A DNA stretch of 64,000 nt from a virus (Duplodnaviria; Caudoviricetes): IMG/VR virus record IMGVR_UViG_3300021431_000107, positions 1 to 64,000 of that record. One strand, written 5' to 3'. A model generated the notes under the pieces. The model saw nothing but the letters and a program-made list of their open reading frames with translations, ran no database searches and was not told the DNA's origin. Positions 48,129 through 60,700 of this stretch are shown piece by piece. Every line of letters begins with the position of its first letter. Position 1 is the stretch's first letter. The translations under genes and the position numbers were made by a program.

Positions 48129-49673
48129 TTACTGGATCTTCGTTAATCCGCTGCTGCTGTTTAATGTCTCTCTAATTACTTCGTTATCTCCGCCGTCGTT
48201 AGATCTCCGTCTAATCAATGAATAATCTATACAATTATACTGTAGTGACGTTATACTATCGACGGTTACATAGACCGCCATTTGAGAAGAAGTTTGAGGC
48301 AACTTAATGTAAATAATCGTACCAATAGTAGAATCGTATTTGTAGTAAAAATCGAAAAACGTCTCTGAGCCCCTCTCAATAGAGAAAGCAGTTTGTGATG
48401 AACCGAACTTACCCATTTTAATTGTTGCCCAGTCTCCATAATCGGTAAGAACTGCTAGGCGTGCGTTTCCTCTTTTATTATTTAACTGTGGAAATTTAGC
48501 TATTTCTACATATAAATCTTCCGTTGTGCTATTAACCAGTTTTAAAGTATAATTAGCTGTACGGGTTCGTCCACTTCTATACGGACTGAATTTATCGGCA
48601 TTGGCGATATTTATATCATAATCACCTACCATAACCACATTCGTAAAAGTACAATTAACGGCAACACGATTATGTAGCCTTGAAACATGAGACGGGGATT
48701 CAGAATTGCCCTTATAATTAATATATCCGCCATTTATCTCAATACGGCTATACTGATTATCTGTAAATACAACTGAACCTTCGTACTGACTGCATCCATC
48801 ATTAGTAGAGTCTTCAGTAAAAAAGAAATTATCTATAAAAATACACGATCCATTACCACCAGCATATAATACATTATAAGCAGTATCTATGTAGATATTT
48901 GTCGCTAGTAATCTAGCACCGTTTTGGCACATAATACCTTTACTAGCAGACCACTCATTATTACTGTCACTTCCGCTTATGCATCCACACCATATATGCA
49001 CATTTGACATGTAGGCTATATGGTTATTTAGGCAAATACCGGACGAACATCCCATTACTTCGATGTTTGACATTCTGCAGTCACCGACATTTCCTGAAAT
49101 TTCAATTCCAATAGAAACCGGATTAAAAATAGCTGTACCAAATACACTACAATTATCGATAAAAGTGCTTCTCGAAGCTAAACTCTGCGTAGTATTTTCG
49201 ACAAGTATGCCATGTGAAGAAACATTCGTTACGTTCACATTATGGACTTTATTATACTGTCTGGTGTCATGAACATGTATTCCTATCTCGCCTTCGTTTA
49301 GCTTAAGATTAAGATTCTCTATGTTAACATTGTTTGTTCCACTTATGTAAATAAGAGCATCCGAAGAGTCCATATCCGATACGAGCCAAGTAAACTTTTC
49401 ACTAACCGCATTTTTTCTACTGTATCCAGCACCATAAATAGGATTTTTTACGTTAATTGTGTGGCTAACTTTATAAATCCCAGCTGGAAAATACAACGAA
49501 TAGTTCTCAGTAGCGGCATTGATAATAGAGGAACAATCCTCAGATCCGTCATTTTTCACACCCAGCGATAAAACATTCACTGGTTCTGAGAAGGCAACTT
49601 TCCTAGCGGCACTATCCACAATCTCATACGTCACCCCACCCGCTGTTAGTGTTGACATCTGTTCATTAGGCAT
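48129..49673 (-). CDS. Tailspike / polysaccharide depolymerase (pectin-lyase-like beta-helix)
   Basis: VNVLSLGVKNDGSEDCSSIINAA...LYFPAGIYKV cap; repeated NV/I-x-I beta-helix rungs. Confidence 0.75.
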   Translation of the reverse strand: MPNEQMSTLTAGGVTYEIVDSAARKVAFSEPVNVLSLGVKNDGSEDCSSIINAATENYSLYFPAGIYKVSHTINVKNPIYGAGYSRKNAVSEKFTWLVSDMDSSDALIYISGTNNVNIENLNLKLNEGEIGIHVHDTRQYNKVHNVNVTNVSSHGILVENTTQSLASRSTFIDNCSVFGTAIFNPVSIGIEISGNVGDCRMSNIEVMGCSSGICLNNHIAYMSNVHIWCGCISGSDSNNEWSASKGIMCQNGARLLATNIYIDTAYNVLYAGGNGSCIFIDNFFFTEDSTNDGCSQYEGSVVFTDNQYSRIEINGGYINYKGNSESPSHVSRLHNRVAVNCTFTNVVMVGDYDINIANADKFSPYRSGRTRTANYTLKLVNSTTEDLYVEIAKFPQLNNKRGNARLAVLTDYGDWATIKMGKFGSSQTAFSIERGSETFFDFYYKYDSTIGTIIYIKLPQTSSQMAVYVTVDSITSLQYNCIDYSLIRRRSNDGGDNEVIRETLNSSSGLTKIQ

Positions 49674-49738
49674 ATTGTTTCCTCCTTTTGAGTCTTTGAA
49701 TTCGTTTTATTTTGAAGTTTTTTAAAGTTTTTTAGAAG

Positions 49739-49814
49739 TAGGTAGAGTTACTGTGCTTGTTACCATAGGCGCTTCCATCATTCACCTATAGTAACGCAGC
49801 AGTAACTCTACCTA
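49739..49814 (-). other. Long (about 29 bp) imperfect hairpin between the two tailspike genes
   Basis: 15-bp perfect outer arms 49739-49753/49800-49814; the inner stem needs a G-U pair available only on the minus strand. Confidence 0.75.
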
Positions 49815-49850
49815 AAAATCTCCCCAGGTTTTGAGGCCATGAGGAGATTG
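49815..49850 (-). terminator. Intrinsic terminator after the 819-aa tail gene
   Basis: AAUCUCCUCA...UGGGGAGAUUUUU. Confidence 0.55.
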
Positions 49851-49854
49851 AGTG

Positions 49855-52314
49855 TTAAATGGCGGTCATTGTGGCTTTCTGGGATATCTTTATCACGCCG
49901 TTAATATCTGTTCGGATCATGTATAAGTCTCCACCGCTTCCACCAATAAAGTCAACAGCATCGGAAGCAATGATAAACAAATTACCTTTGAATATAGACG
50001 ACACTTTTGAGTTAGTAATCATACTTGTAACCGGTTCGGTAAGATACACCATATACGTTTTTCTAACGTCAAGCATGCTCAGAGTATTAGAGAAATTACT
50101 GACGTCATCTATAATTATGCATTCTCCAGATTTCTTAGCGGTTATTTTTGACAAGGTTGCTTCACTGTCTAGTGTTTTTCTGCCGAACACACGAATGGAA
50201 GAATAATTCAAAAGTCCAGCGGAATACGTAGCACTTAATACTTTTATTTTTCCATGCATTACATCGCTAGAGTACTTTTTCCTATACACAATCACAATAT
50301 TATTTGCTTGATTGTAACTAAAGAAATAGTCAGCAGTTCCACCATCCTGCTGTTTTAATATTTTTAAATTCCCGATAGAATCCGTCGATAGATAAAAAGA
50401 AATAATATCATTTCCCGTCGAACTAAACTCAAACGATATTTTATTCTGTGGCCTTAAAACCGCCCTAGCTATTTCTATATAAGTATTAGCGCCTCCATAA
50501 TCACTGAAACTAAACTCTTTGTCTTCTATATACGAAGTAACCGGAAATCGTTTTGCATCTGCGTCAGATACTAAATCATCGTTTTCAGAAATGATTAATT
50601 TAACATTTCTAAACGAAACCGTGTTAGTCATAATGGTTTCTGTTCTTTCTCCAAAGAATCCAGAAAGGCCATTAATGAATATATTTTTTTCTAAAGAATC
50701 TCCTCTAACGTACACAAACTGACCATCATATGATGATGAACCTTCCATGGATCCATCCATCCACACAAGGACATTCGTTAAATTAATTGACGCTCCTCTC
50801 CAGGCTTCTATATAATGATGACTGCTGTCTATATAAACATTAGTTCCATTAAGAATGACTGACTCAATTATATCAGTAGAGCAATCAATACCGACAGTAG
50901 TAGACCACCAGTCGTCAGTATCTTCCTCAGACCTACATCCAGTCCAAATATGAAGATTTGCTATATAAAGAAGATTTACTTTTTGCCAAATTCCTTTTTT
51001 TACTCCAAGAATTTCCGTATTGGTGATCCGCGAATCTAAGGCGTTCCTGTCTATTAGAATACCCGTTGAATTAACATACCTATAGCTACCGTATAAGGTA
51101 CAGTTATCGATAAACACTAATCTGCTTGTCGTAACTGTTGGACAGCACCATATTCCATATGCGTTACCGATATCCTTGATGCCAACATGATGAATAGAAA
51201 GCGCTTCTTTATCACTAGTTTGTATTATGATTCCAGATTCGTCTCCTCCAGAAAGTTTAATATCAATGTTGTCGATTTCTATACCGCGTAAAAGATTCGA
51301 ACCGGATCCTTTTCCGACGACTCGTATTACGGCTGTGCTTGAAGTAGCGTTTGCAATATTGCTTTTAAAAACAGTAAAAGTCGGATCGATATTAAACCTT
51401 CTATTGTATCCAGCACCATGAATGGAATGAACTAATCTTAATTCATTGTCGATGCGATAAATTCCAGCGGGAAAGTATAAGGAATGATTTTGAGTAGCAG
51501 AATTAATAATCGACGAACAGTCAACAGAGCCATCATTTTTGACGCCAAGTGTCAAAACGTTAACCGGCTCTATTCTTTCATCAATGCCTACACCGACTAA
51601 CTCCACTCTACCTTCACCATCACTCACGACATCGGCAAGGAGTTCACCGACTTCTCCATCGATCGTGACATTACCATGCCCATCGTTAGTCACATGAGCG
51701 TTAATACCCTGAGCATCAAAGGAGTTGCCATACGCATGCCAAGTAAGTACGTTTCCTTCCTGACCAGTTACAGGTACATCAGATACCAGTCTCTGCACGT
51801 TCTCTTTAAGCTGTCCAATTTCAGTGTTAGATCCAACGAACTCAACATTACCCTGATTATCATCCTCAATGTCAAACGTCGTCTCAACACCGTGCTCATC
51901 GAGGTAAGTATCGACGGCATCCTCAATAGCTTCCGGATCCAATCCATCATCCCATCTGGTAGTACCGTCTCCATTTGTTACAAGTAACTGACCGTTTTCA
52001 CCATATGTTACATAATCCCTTTCATTTCTCGGCCAGTTAACTTTAGTGTTACTGATAACAAGAACAGTAGTTTCAGCATTTGTAGCTTTAGTATCCGCAG
52101 CATTAGCATTATTGTTAGCAGACCGAGCATAAATGTTAGCATCGTTTGCTGTAGCGTTAGCTTGATTTGCTGTTTCTAATGCATCAAAAGCTTCTTCAGC
52201 ACTAGTTTCCGAAACTTCATTTATCTTTTCAATGGCATCGTGGATACTTCCTCTAACCTCTTCGCCATAGACAGCATCCATTATAGCCTGTAATTCAGTT
52301 GAAATATCCGCCAT
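49855..52314 (-). CDS. Tail fibre/tailspike with N-terminal attachment domain and beta-helix depolymerase
   Basis: MADISTELQAIMDAVYGEEVRGSIHDAI N-terminus; NANA coiled region; VNVLTLGVKNDGSVDCSSIINSA...LYFPAGIYRI. Confidence 0.8.
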   Translation of the reverse strand: MADISTELQAIMDAVYGEEVRGSIHDAIEKINEVSETSAEEAFDALETANQANATANDANIYARSANNNANAADTKATNAETTVLVISNTKVNWPRNERDYVTYGENGQLLVTNGDGTTRWDDGLDPEAIEDAVDTYLDEHGVETTFDIEDDNQGNVEFVGSNTEIGQLKENVQRLVSDVPVTGQEGNVLTWHAYGNSFDAQGINAHVTNDGHGNVTIDGEVGELLADVVSDGEGRVELVGVGIDERIEPVNVLTLGVKNDGSVDCSSIINSATQNHSLYFPAGIYRIDNELRLVHSIHGAGYNRRFNIDPTFTVFKSNIANATSSTAVIRVVGKGSGSNLLRGIEIDNIDIKLSGGDESGIIIQTSDKEALSIHHVGIKDIGNAYGIWCCPTVTTSRLVFIDNCTLYGSYRYVNSTGILIDRNALDSRITNTEILGVKKGIWQKVNLLYIANLHIWTGCRSEEDTDDWWSTTVGIDCSTDIIESVILNGTNVYIDSSHHYIEAWRGASINLTNVLVWMDGSMEGSSSYDGQFVYVRGDSLEKNIFINGLSGFFGERTETIMTNTVSFRNVKLIISENDDLVSDADAKRFPVTSYIEDKEFSFSDYGGANTYIEIARAVLRPQNKISFEFSSTGNDIISFYLSTDSIGNLKILKQQDGGTADYFFSYNQANNIVIVYRKKYSSDVMHGKIKVLSATYSAGLLNYSSIRVFGRKTLDSEATLSKITAKKSGECIIIDDVSNFSNTLSMLDVRKTYMVYLTEPVTSMITNSKVSSIFKGNLFIIASDAVDFIGGSGGDLYMIRTDINGVIKISQKATMTAI

Positions 52315-52315
52315 A

Positions 52316-53860
52316 TTATTCTCCTCCTACTGGTGTCCAGGACATTGAACAGGTTAGAACAGAACCTGCCGGTGTAGTTCCTGAAGTATTCCATCTTCCG
52401 ATGCAAATATATATACGGTTCTGTTCGTCTGGACCTGGATTATCTGCCGAAGGCACATCTACGAAATACTTAGCAGTACCATTAACCATAGTAGCTGATC
52501 CCTCGACTGCATATTTAGGAGCATTTGCCGCATCTATTGCAAAGTAAATGGCCCCTGCATCCGCCTGCCATTCTGTTGCTTTAGTACACGTCATTTTGAA
52601 TTCCAGATGACATTGACCGGTTTGATAATAGAACTTCCCGTCGTTAACCGTATAATCGTCATAACCATATTCAGTGTTAGCAAAGTCCCAGTCGATTTCA
52701 AGATCTGTTATTGGCGTCGGCTCCGTAGCACCATATTTACCTATAGCGTCGATCTTTTTAGATGAAAGAACCTGTTTACCTGTAAAGCTACTTTCAGGAC
52801 TCTGCCCAAATGTATATGTACTGTTCGCTGGGTTACAAAGATCCATATTTATGCCACTACAAATATACGCATTGTCCATCTTATGGATCGGAGAGATAAC
52901 ACGAGTGTAATGTCCTATCTTGATTTCTCCAGCATCTACATCAATAAGACTTAAGTCGAATGCAGAGATATCAATCGTAATATTGTTTTTGCTCAAACTC
53001 TCTTCCAGAAATCTCTTGCCTTTTTTCATAAGATCAGATGCCTTTTCGATATCAGAAAAAGTCTCCTGATGGTATATTCGGCCAAACGTGTTTATCCATG
53101 TAGATTTCTCAGGTTCTACATAATCCTTATTGTTATTTACTTTCCTAATCGTTAAATTGTCTTTTCCAATAGGAATAAGTACCGTATAGATTTGAGAAGC
53201 GTCAATGTATTCCGTTAGATCAAGTAAATTTTCACCGAATACTATGTTTTGAGTAGATGTTAGAGTATCTTCAGCTCTTTTATTAGAAAGATAATAAATC
53301 GTCTTAAGGTCATTTCCACCAAGATACATTATTCCGCCTATATCATTGTTATTAAGGAAATTAGACTGAATATAATCAAAAGTATTCTCATAGGCGCCAA
53401 CAGGAAACTTCCTTTTCGTTGAAGAGATGCCATCGACCACAAAAGAAAACTGTTTGGCAGATGCGCTCATCTGAGTATTGTGCTTTTGTATAAGATCTTT
53501 AAAAAACGCATCAGGAGCATAAGAGACTGTATCGTATTTTGTACTCTGAGGTCTTACTACTGAATCACAAAGAACGGACAGCATCCCCTCGCATTTATAA
53601 GTACATCGTCCGATAAAGTCTCTTGAAGAATCTAATATTCTGCCCTTCCAAATAAGCTCATTGTCTTTAAACACTCTTACGATTGACTTAAGTTTTTTCA
53701 TCAATCCATTTTGAACGCCAACATTATTAGGAGGAAGTGTAATGGATAACTGACCTGACGAGTTTATGGTCAAGTTGAGTGTTGCAGCAATAGCGATAAA
53801 GTCTCGATAATGCGTACCACTCATATGTATTGTCTCGCCATCAACGGTAATTTTATACAT
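52316..53860 (-). CDS. Baseplate hub / Tal-like minor tail protein
   Basis: Follows Dit; GRILDS, IVFGENLLDL, PIGKDNLTI..VNNNKDYV pattern. Confidence 0.75.
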   Translation of the reverse strand: MYKITVDGETIHMSGTHYRDFIAIAATLNLTINSSGQLSITLPPNNVGVQNGLMKKLKSIVRVFKDNELIWKGRILDSSRDFIGRCTYKCEGMLSVLCDSVVRPQSTKYDTVSYAPDAFFKDLIQKHNTQMSASAKQFSFVVDGISSTKRKFPVGAYENTFDYIQSNFLNNNDIGGIMYLGGNDLKTIYYLSNKRAEDTLTSTQNIVFGENLLDLTEYIDASQIYTVLIPIGKDNLTIRKVNNNKDYVEPEKSTWINTFGRIYHQETFSDIEKASDLMKKGKRFLEESLSKNNITIDISAFDLSLIDVDAGEIKIGHYTRVISPIHKMDNAYICSGINMDLCNPANSTYTFGQSPESSFTGKQVLSSKKIDAIGKYGATEPTPITDLEIDWDFANTEYGYDDYTVNDGKFYYQTGQCHLEFKMTCTKATEWQADAGAIYFAIDAANAPKYAVEGSATMVNGTAKYFVDVPSADNPGPDEQNRIYICIGRWNTSGTTPAGSVLTCSMSWTPVGGE

Positions 53861-54783
53861 TAGAGTCTTCCTCCTCTGAAATCGATTTGAACCTTAACCT
53901 CAGACCCAGGAGCTTCTCCATCGAAAGGTATATTAATGCCAATCACATTCATGCCTTCCTGTAGCTCAACATCATAAAACCTATACGAGTGTTGTTTTGT
54001 ATCGGTAAGAAGTACAGATCTTTGTTTAATCGGTATCGGATCGTCTGCAGGGTCATCTGCTGGATCGTAGTTAGCAATTCTAACATCCGCCTTACCAGAA
54101 ACGAGTTTTGTAGCCTGAAAAATGAATCTCGGAGTAATCGGCATTGACCTATTCGGAATTCTGACATAGTGGACAGTATCTTCAGGACCAACAGTAAATT
54201 CGAAATCTTGTCTTCTTCTAACGACACCGTCAATAAATGAGAACGGATCCCAAAGCCAATCGTCAAGGCTGCTAAGAATCTCATACTTATACGGTTCGAA
54301 AGTATAATCGAAAGTGATCTTAGACCATGTCTTATCTGACTTCCACTGATTGACAGAGAGCCTCCCACGATAGAAGTACTCCCTGTCATCATCAAGAATC
54401 ACTTTCACTTTCCGACCATGCATATAGTCCATGATTTCTGAATATCTTGAGTTCCAGACTCCGTATTTACTCCAAGTCTGGTCTCTTCTATTTTCAGAAA
54501 GGATGGATTTACCATTTAAGACATAGAACTCAATGGAACCTGTCCTATCGCTGTAGACCGGATAGGGAGTTAGTGCTTCCGTAGCATCGATGGATCCATT
54601 AGCTCCAGGGAGATCAATATAGTTTGTCTTTGGTGCAGGAGGTGAAAATACAATCCTTGAAGTAGGCATAAGATGCCAGTTATCAAATGTATTTATCCCG
54701 TTAAACTTCTGCTCTAGAAAATTAGAGAAGATATCTACGTTATCCGGAATAATCTGCATCGAATGATTTGACATTATGCCCAC
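53860..54783 (-). CDS. Distal tail protein (Dit)
   Basis: Follows TMP; PKTNYIDLPGANGSIDATEAL, DDREYFYRGR, YTFEPYKY. Confidence 0.8.
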   Translation of the reverse strand: MGIMSNHSMQIIPDNVDIFSNFLEQKFNGINTFDNWHLMPTSRIVFSPPAPKTNYIDLPGANGSIDATEALTPYPVYSDRTGSIEFYVLNGKSILSENRRDQTWSKYGVWNSRYSEIMDYMHGRKVKVILDDDREYFYRGRLSVNQWKSDKTWSKITFDYTFEPYKYEILSSLDDWLWDPFSFIDGVVRRRQDFEFTVGPEDTVHYVRIPNRSMPITPRFIFQATKLVSGKADVRIANYDPADDPADDPIPIKQRSVLLTDTKQHSYRFYDVELQEGMNVIGINIPFDGEAPGSEVKVQIDFRGGRL

Positions 54784-57700
54784 CTCTCTTTAAGTTTCTG
54801 TACCGTTCCAAGTTCTTTATCAATCCCACCAGAAATAGAACCAACTAGTGCTCCAGAATCCATTACCATCTGCATGTTAGTCATAGCCTGTCCAAGAGTA
54901 TTAAGGTCTCCTCTAATACCCTGAACTACAGCGAACATATCATTGTTGTTTCCAGCGCCCATAGCAGCAGGATTCATGTATGTTCCAGGATACATAGATC
55001 TCGCATAAGCAAGACCACCAAGTCCATACGTAGACCCACCGAGCATAGAGTTAATAGAACCCACTCCATTTTGAATATTTGACAAATCCATAACAGGAGT
55101 GATTCTTGGATCCACATCCATGGCGTTCTCAATGACAGAACCGACATACTGATAGACGGATGTTAAGTTATTTAAGATCTCCATACCAGCATTTTCAGCT
55201 GCAGCATTAAGATCACCGAAAGACTCTTGCATAGTTCCTACTACTGAAGCACCAACAGAAGTAGCGGCGTTCGTTGCAAGGTACAGATTCTTCGTTAGAC
55301 CATTAGCAAGACCTTCATCTAAGAATCTACCTGTTCTTTCAGTTGCTTTGGACGGTGACGCTACTTCAGCTGCCTTGTTTATGGCATTCTTGGCATCGTT
55401 ACCAACCTTCGAACCTGCGGATGTTGCAATAGATGCATTCTTTGATAGACCATTAGCAAGTCCCTGGACTAGATTCTTTCCTGCTGATTCAAACTGAGCT
55501 GCATATGAAGTAAGCACGAACTTCATCTGATTACAAATGGTTCTGATTTTGCCTTGAAGAATCGGACCATATGCAACAATAGCACGTCCAACAGCGCTCA
55601 TAGTCACACGAACACCGGGCGATACTGTAGATGGTCCAAGAGTTGAAAGAGCCGTATTAGCAGATTCAAGAGCTGTAAGAACAAACGTCGGTATATCAGT
55701 TCCTGAGAATGTGGTATCTGTTTCAAACGCCGATCTGACGCCAAGAATAAGCTGCTCACCCATGGACTTACCTGTAGTCATTAAGGGTCCTTCTCCGCCT
55801 TCGCTGCCAGTTGATGCAAATCCAGCCATAATCGTAGCAAGACCGCCGCCTTCGTTTCCAGCTTCTCCAGCGGCTTCTTTAATACCTTCCACAAAGCGTT
55901 CCCAAAGAGTCTTACCTCCGTTTTTAATGTCTTCGGTAAGGTTTTCATCTCCCCACATTGTAGAGAAGTATTCGAAGATACCTTCGAGTTCACCTGTAAG
56001 TGCGTTAGCGGCTGCTCCAGCTTGTGTCGCGTCGTAGTTCATTAGTTCATCTGAAAACATGCCAAACAGTGAAAGAATATCCTGAACCCTATTAAGCATG
56101 GACTCGACGTCGCTCATGTTCTCGATTCCGCCAAGTGTATTTGAGAAATTGACCATAGAAGTGCCAAACGATTCAATATTTGTTCCAAGAGTGATAAGTG
56201 TGTTATCGCCAACCAACTTTCCAAGAACCGTATCATAGTCATGCATATTCGGTACACTATCGGCAAGGGCAGTGATGATTTTACCCGCGGTTTCAGAGTT
56301 CTCAATAGCCTTCGTATCGAGGGAATCACCTCCGACTACTTTTCCGTATTCGACCATAGCTTCACCGAAGCTTTTAAGACCCGTAGCAAGTGCTTCGAAC
56401 GAATTAGATCCAAAGAACTGCCCCGCTATCGTGTTGACAAGTCTAATGTTTGGAATTGCATTAGCAAAGTCAGTAATAATACCAACCGCTTTCGATGATT
56501 GCTCTACTGCAGACGAATTAAGCTGGGATACAATCCAGGAATAGGCAACCATTGCCTGAGCAAATGGAACTAGACCAGTAGCAAGTGCGGTTAAACTGTT
56601 GTCGCCGATTAGTTTACCAAGAATCGAATCGCTTCCATGTATAGTAGGAGCCGCATTTGCATATTGCATAACAGAGTTAACGGCGAGAGAAGTGCCGATC
56701 ACTGCCCCAACATTCATACCTGAAATCTCATTGGAGTAGGCAACCATATAAACCGCAAATGCAACGGCTTCTTTACCAAATGTGATGAGGCTACTATCTC
56801 CTGTGAAGAGATCCATAAGTCCACCGACTTCAGGAACGTCGTTTGCATATTTAGTGACTGTGCTTATAGCCTGAGAGGTCTTGTTTATCGTCTCTTCATT
56901 AACCCCTTGAATCTTTTCCGAGTACATTCCCATGAGCACAGCGAAGACGTTTAAGTCTTCACCAAAGCTTATAAGAGAACTGTCTCCTTTTCCAAGGAAA
57001 TTATTGATAAGATTGTCCATGGTGTTCTTATCAGACATGTCAACAAGATCTTTTAAGAATCCCATTAAATTCTTAAAGCCAGCAAATGATGGACCGTCTC
57101 CTGTCGCAAGTGTACCTAAGCTCGCTACAAAATCAGACAGCTTTTGACCAACTTGAGGTAAATTCTCAGTAAGTCCGGTTAAAGAACCACCGATAAGTCC
57201 GCCAAAGAAGCCGCCTATCATCTGTCCAAATTCAGTAGTTATAGCAGTAAGTATTCTACCTATCATATGAAGGCCTGTCTCTGCTTTTTCAATCTGTTCT
57301 TCGCTGATATTGTCGCCAACCAGGTACCCAACAACTCCAGCAATACCAGTTATAAGAGCAGTTACTGCTGCTATATCTATCACACCAAGTGCCGATGCCG
57401 CTAACCCGCCAAGACCAGAATGACCAAGAGTCTGACATAGTAGAGTAATGCCACCCATAACGCCAAGAAGCAGAGATATTGATGCGCTAACCTTAAGCAT
57501 CTTATCCGCATCAATATTTTGATCGCTTGTAAATAGATAAAGAATAGCGGCAATCTCACCGAGCACAAGTCCCATGAGAACGATACCTGCTATCATAGAT
57601 GCTCCGCCGCCCTTCATCTGGCCAGAAGCTGCCATCATAAGAGCGAACGCACCCATAAGAATTGTCATGACTGTTGTAACGGCAGCTAACTTATCAGTTG

Positions 57701-60700
57701 GGAGGAGAGAAAGAGCTACTACAGCAAGAGCTATGGTTCCGATAGCTAATGTCATTGCTAGAATAGGTCCTAGCTTGGCATCTTTCGTGTTCTTGGAAAG
57801 TTCCATCATGGCTCCAAGAACGAAAGCTATTACAGTGACAGCGACAAGACCTTTTGTAAGCTGTCCTTTGCCAAGTTTTCCTAGTCTCTTAACAGACATA
57901 CCAACGAGCATAATTGTGGCAGCAAGAGAAAGCATGATGAGAGCCTGTTTAGCTGAGAACTTATCTTTCCCCATGACTTTGGTTATGCCAGCCATTATAG
58001 CCATAGCAGCCATAAGAACCATCATACAGCCTAAAATACCGGCAAGTCCTTTCGCTATCTGCTCCCACTTCATATCACCGATGGACTTAAGAGTATGAGC
58101 AAGGATTGCAATAGCGGCAGCAAAAGCACCGAACATCATTGCTGATCCTGCTTTCTTAAGGAATTTATTCACACCGTCCTTGATGCCCATGAGGAACTCA
58201 CCGAGCTGGTCTGCATAAGCTCCTTTTATGCTGCCACTTCCACCTCCAAGTACTCCAAATGATCCTAGGACTCCGAGAAGAAGTGCAATAGCACCAGTAA
58301 TAACAGCAATGCCAGCGGCAGCGACTTTAAGCTGATCCCATGAAAGCTGACCAAGAGCCCATAAAGCAGCTGCGAAGATACCAACTGCAACAGCGGTCTT
58401 AAGAAGAGCTGTGGCTTTAAGGTTCTTTTTATAAGCTGTTCCTATTTCTGTAAGGCTGGTGGTTAATGTCTGAATAGAAGAACTAACGGATTTAAAGATA
58501 CCGCCGAAGGATTCGATAACGCCCTTTACACTGTCGACAGTACCCTTAACGCTATCAAGAACTTCTCCGCCTTTCTTGGCCCAGTCAAGAAGATTCCAGA
58601 AAGATTTGATTGCTTTAAGGGCAGTGAAGTTACCAACAGCAATCTGAATCCATTTGCCGACTTCCTTGAATGTAGGAGACATCTCTTTAAGCCATGCCAT
58701 GAATTCATCAAGTTTAGCTTTACCTCCAGAAACAAGATCTCCTCCAAAGCCTTTAGCCGCTGTAGCGAAGTTTCCAAAAGCTTCACCTGTATCTGAAATC
58801 TGTGTGCTGGCATTTTCACCGAATATTTTGAAAAATTCAACGATCGCATCTTTAGCTTTACCAAGAAGATCCGTCACTGTAGAAAGACCGTCCTGAAAGC
58901 TCGTAGATTCAAAGAAGCCTTTAATAGAAGCTCCAATTGTGCCCTTTCCGAATCCTCCTTCTCCACCTTTAAAGATTCCCTTAATAGATTCTTTAAGCTT
59001 CGATATGTGATCAAGAATCCAGTTAATCTTATCACTAACTGATTTGGCAAAGGAATCGGCATCTAACGTCGGAAGTTTAATCTCAGTTCCTTTGAACTTC
59101 TCAATCAAATCCAAAACCTTCTGAATCGCCTGATCCTTAAGTTCAATAACCTGCCTCTTAATCTCTCCGAAAATGACCGTCAATCTACGAAAAGCACTGG
59201 TTTGTTTAAACTCAGCCATGAAGCCCTGAGTACTTTCTTTAGCTTGAGTCAGAACTGAGCCAACTTTAGACCAGCCGCTCTTCATAACATCGATGACGGT
59301 TCCACCAACTTTGCCAGCACCCTTAAGAACTGTATTGAATCTTCCCATCGCGTTGTTGATTTTTGTCTGAGCCTTTTCGAAGATCTTATTCTGCTTAATC
59401 CACGCATCGACTTTTATCAACCAATCGCCAATAGCTGCACCCGCAGTAAGTAACCACCTGCCAATAGTTTTAAGCGCCTCAATAAACCCAGCCGCGGCGC
59501 CTTTAACGAAAGCACTAACCCCGCCAACTACAATGTTGATAGCGGCTCCAAAACCGGCAAGAGCTTTTCTTCCTTTGGCTATGGCGAAGTTCATATCAAT
59601 ATTTCGCTTAAACTGCTGAAACGAATCAGACGCGAATTTAATGGTTTCGCCCATCGTGGTTTGAGCTTCGGTTAACTTATCGAATAATGTTGCTTTCTTT
59701 TCAACAGCATCGGCGGCTTTTTCAGTAGCTTTGGCGCCTTCTTCCTCAGCTACTTCATATCTAAATGAGCATCCAAGAAGTTCATTAACTTTATTTTGAA
59801 CTCTCTCATAAGAAGCTCCAATGCCTTCAAGAGCTTTTCTTCTGTCTTCACCGTTTCCGAATTCACCAGAAATAACTCGATGAGCAAGTTCGTCGACAGA
59901 CTCTATACTTTCAGTAACTTTTTCGACAGTCTCAGTAGCTTTTTCTCCAACACTGACTACTGGCTCAAAGAATCCAATGATGGTTTCAATTATCCCATTA
60001 ATAAAATCAATAGCCTGAGCGACTTTTGATGAAATCGTACTGGCAAAGTCAATAATCCAATTAAAAGCCTTGGTCCCCTCTTCTGATTTAGGCGCTCCAA
60101 ATATAGTGGTAAAAAGCTTAGTTATGTTTTCCGTAAGACGAGTGAAATTATCGTAAATGCCTTTTTCTTTCATCGTTGCTTTGATTCCGTTAAAGACATC
60201 TTTAAGCCGATTGAAAATCGGAATTGCCATCTGACGGATCGGAGTTACGAAATCAGCACCAATTCGACCAATAGCTGCTTTCATGTTGGCCATTGAACCT
60301 TCAAAAGTTTTATTGGCGTCTTTAGCATGATCGCCGAACGCTTCTTGCATCGCATTAGCAAACATGTCGAAGCTGATTTCACCTTTTGACACCATTTCAC
60401 GGATTTCCGCTTCAGATTTATGTAACTGTTCACCAAGTGTAGCAGGAACATTAAGACCTTTAGCCGCCAACTGATTCAGCTGGTCTCCCATCAGCCTACC
60501 TTGACCGGCAACTGTTGTGAATATACGACCAATATCGCCATATTCAGCGTTTGTCATTGCTGCTACACCCGATACGCCTTTCAGATACTTTTCCATCTGA
60601 GCGGCGTCTTTAATGCCTGTCGCATAAAACGAAGATGCTATTTTCGCAGCTTCATCATATCCGTACGCAGTATCTTGTACTGAATTTGAAATGGCTTCAT

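Noticed and set aside
48129-52314. Diversity-generating retroelement acting on tail genes (a hairpin lies near a tail gene 3' end)
   Set aside because: No reverse transcriptase and no TR/VR pair differing at adenines was seen in the window.
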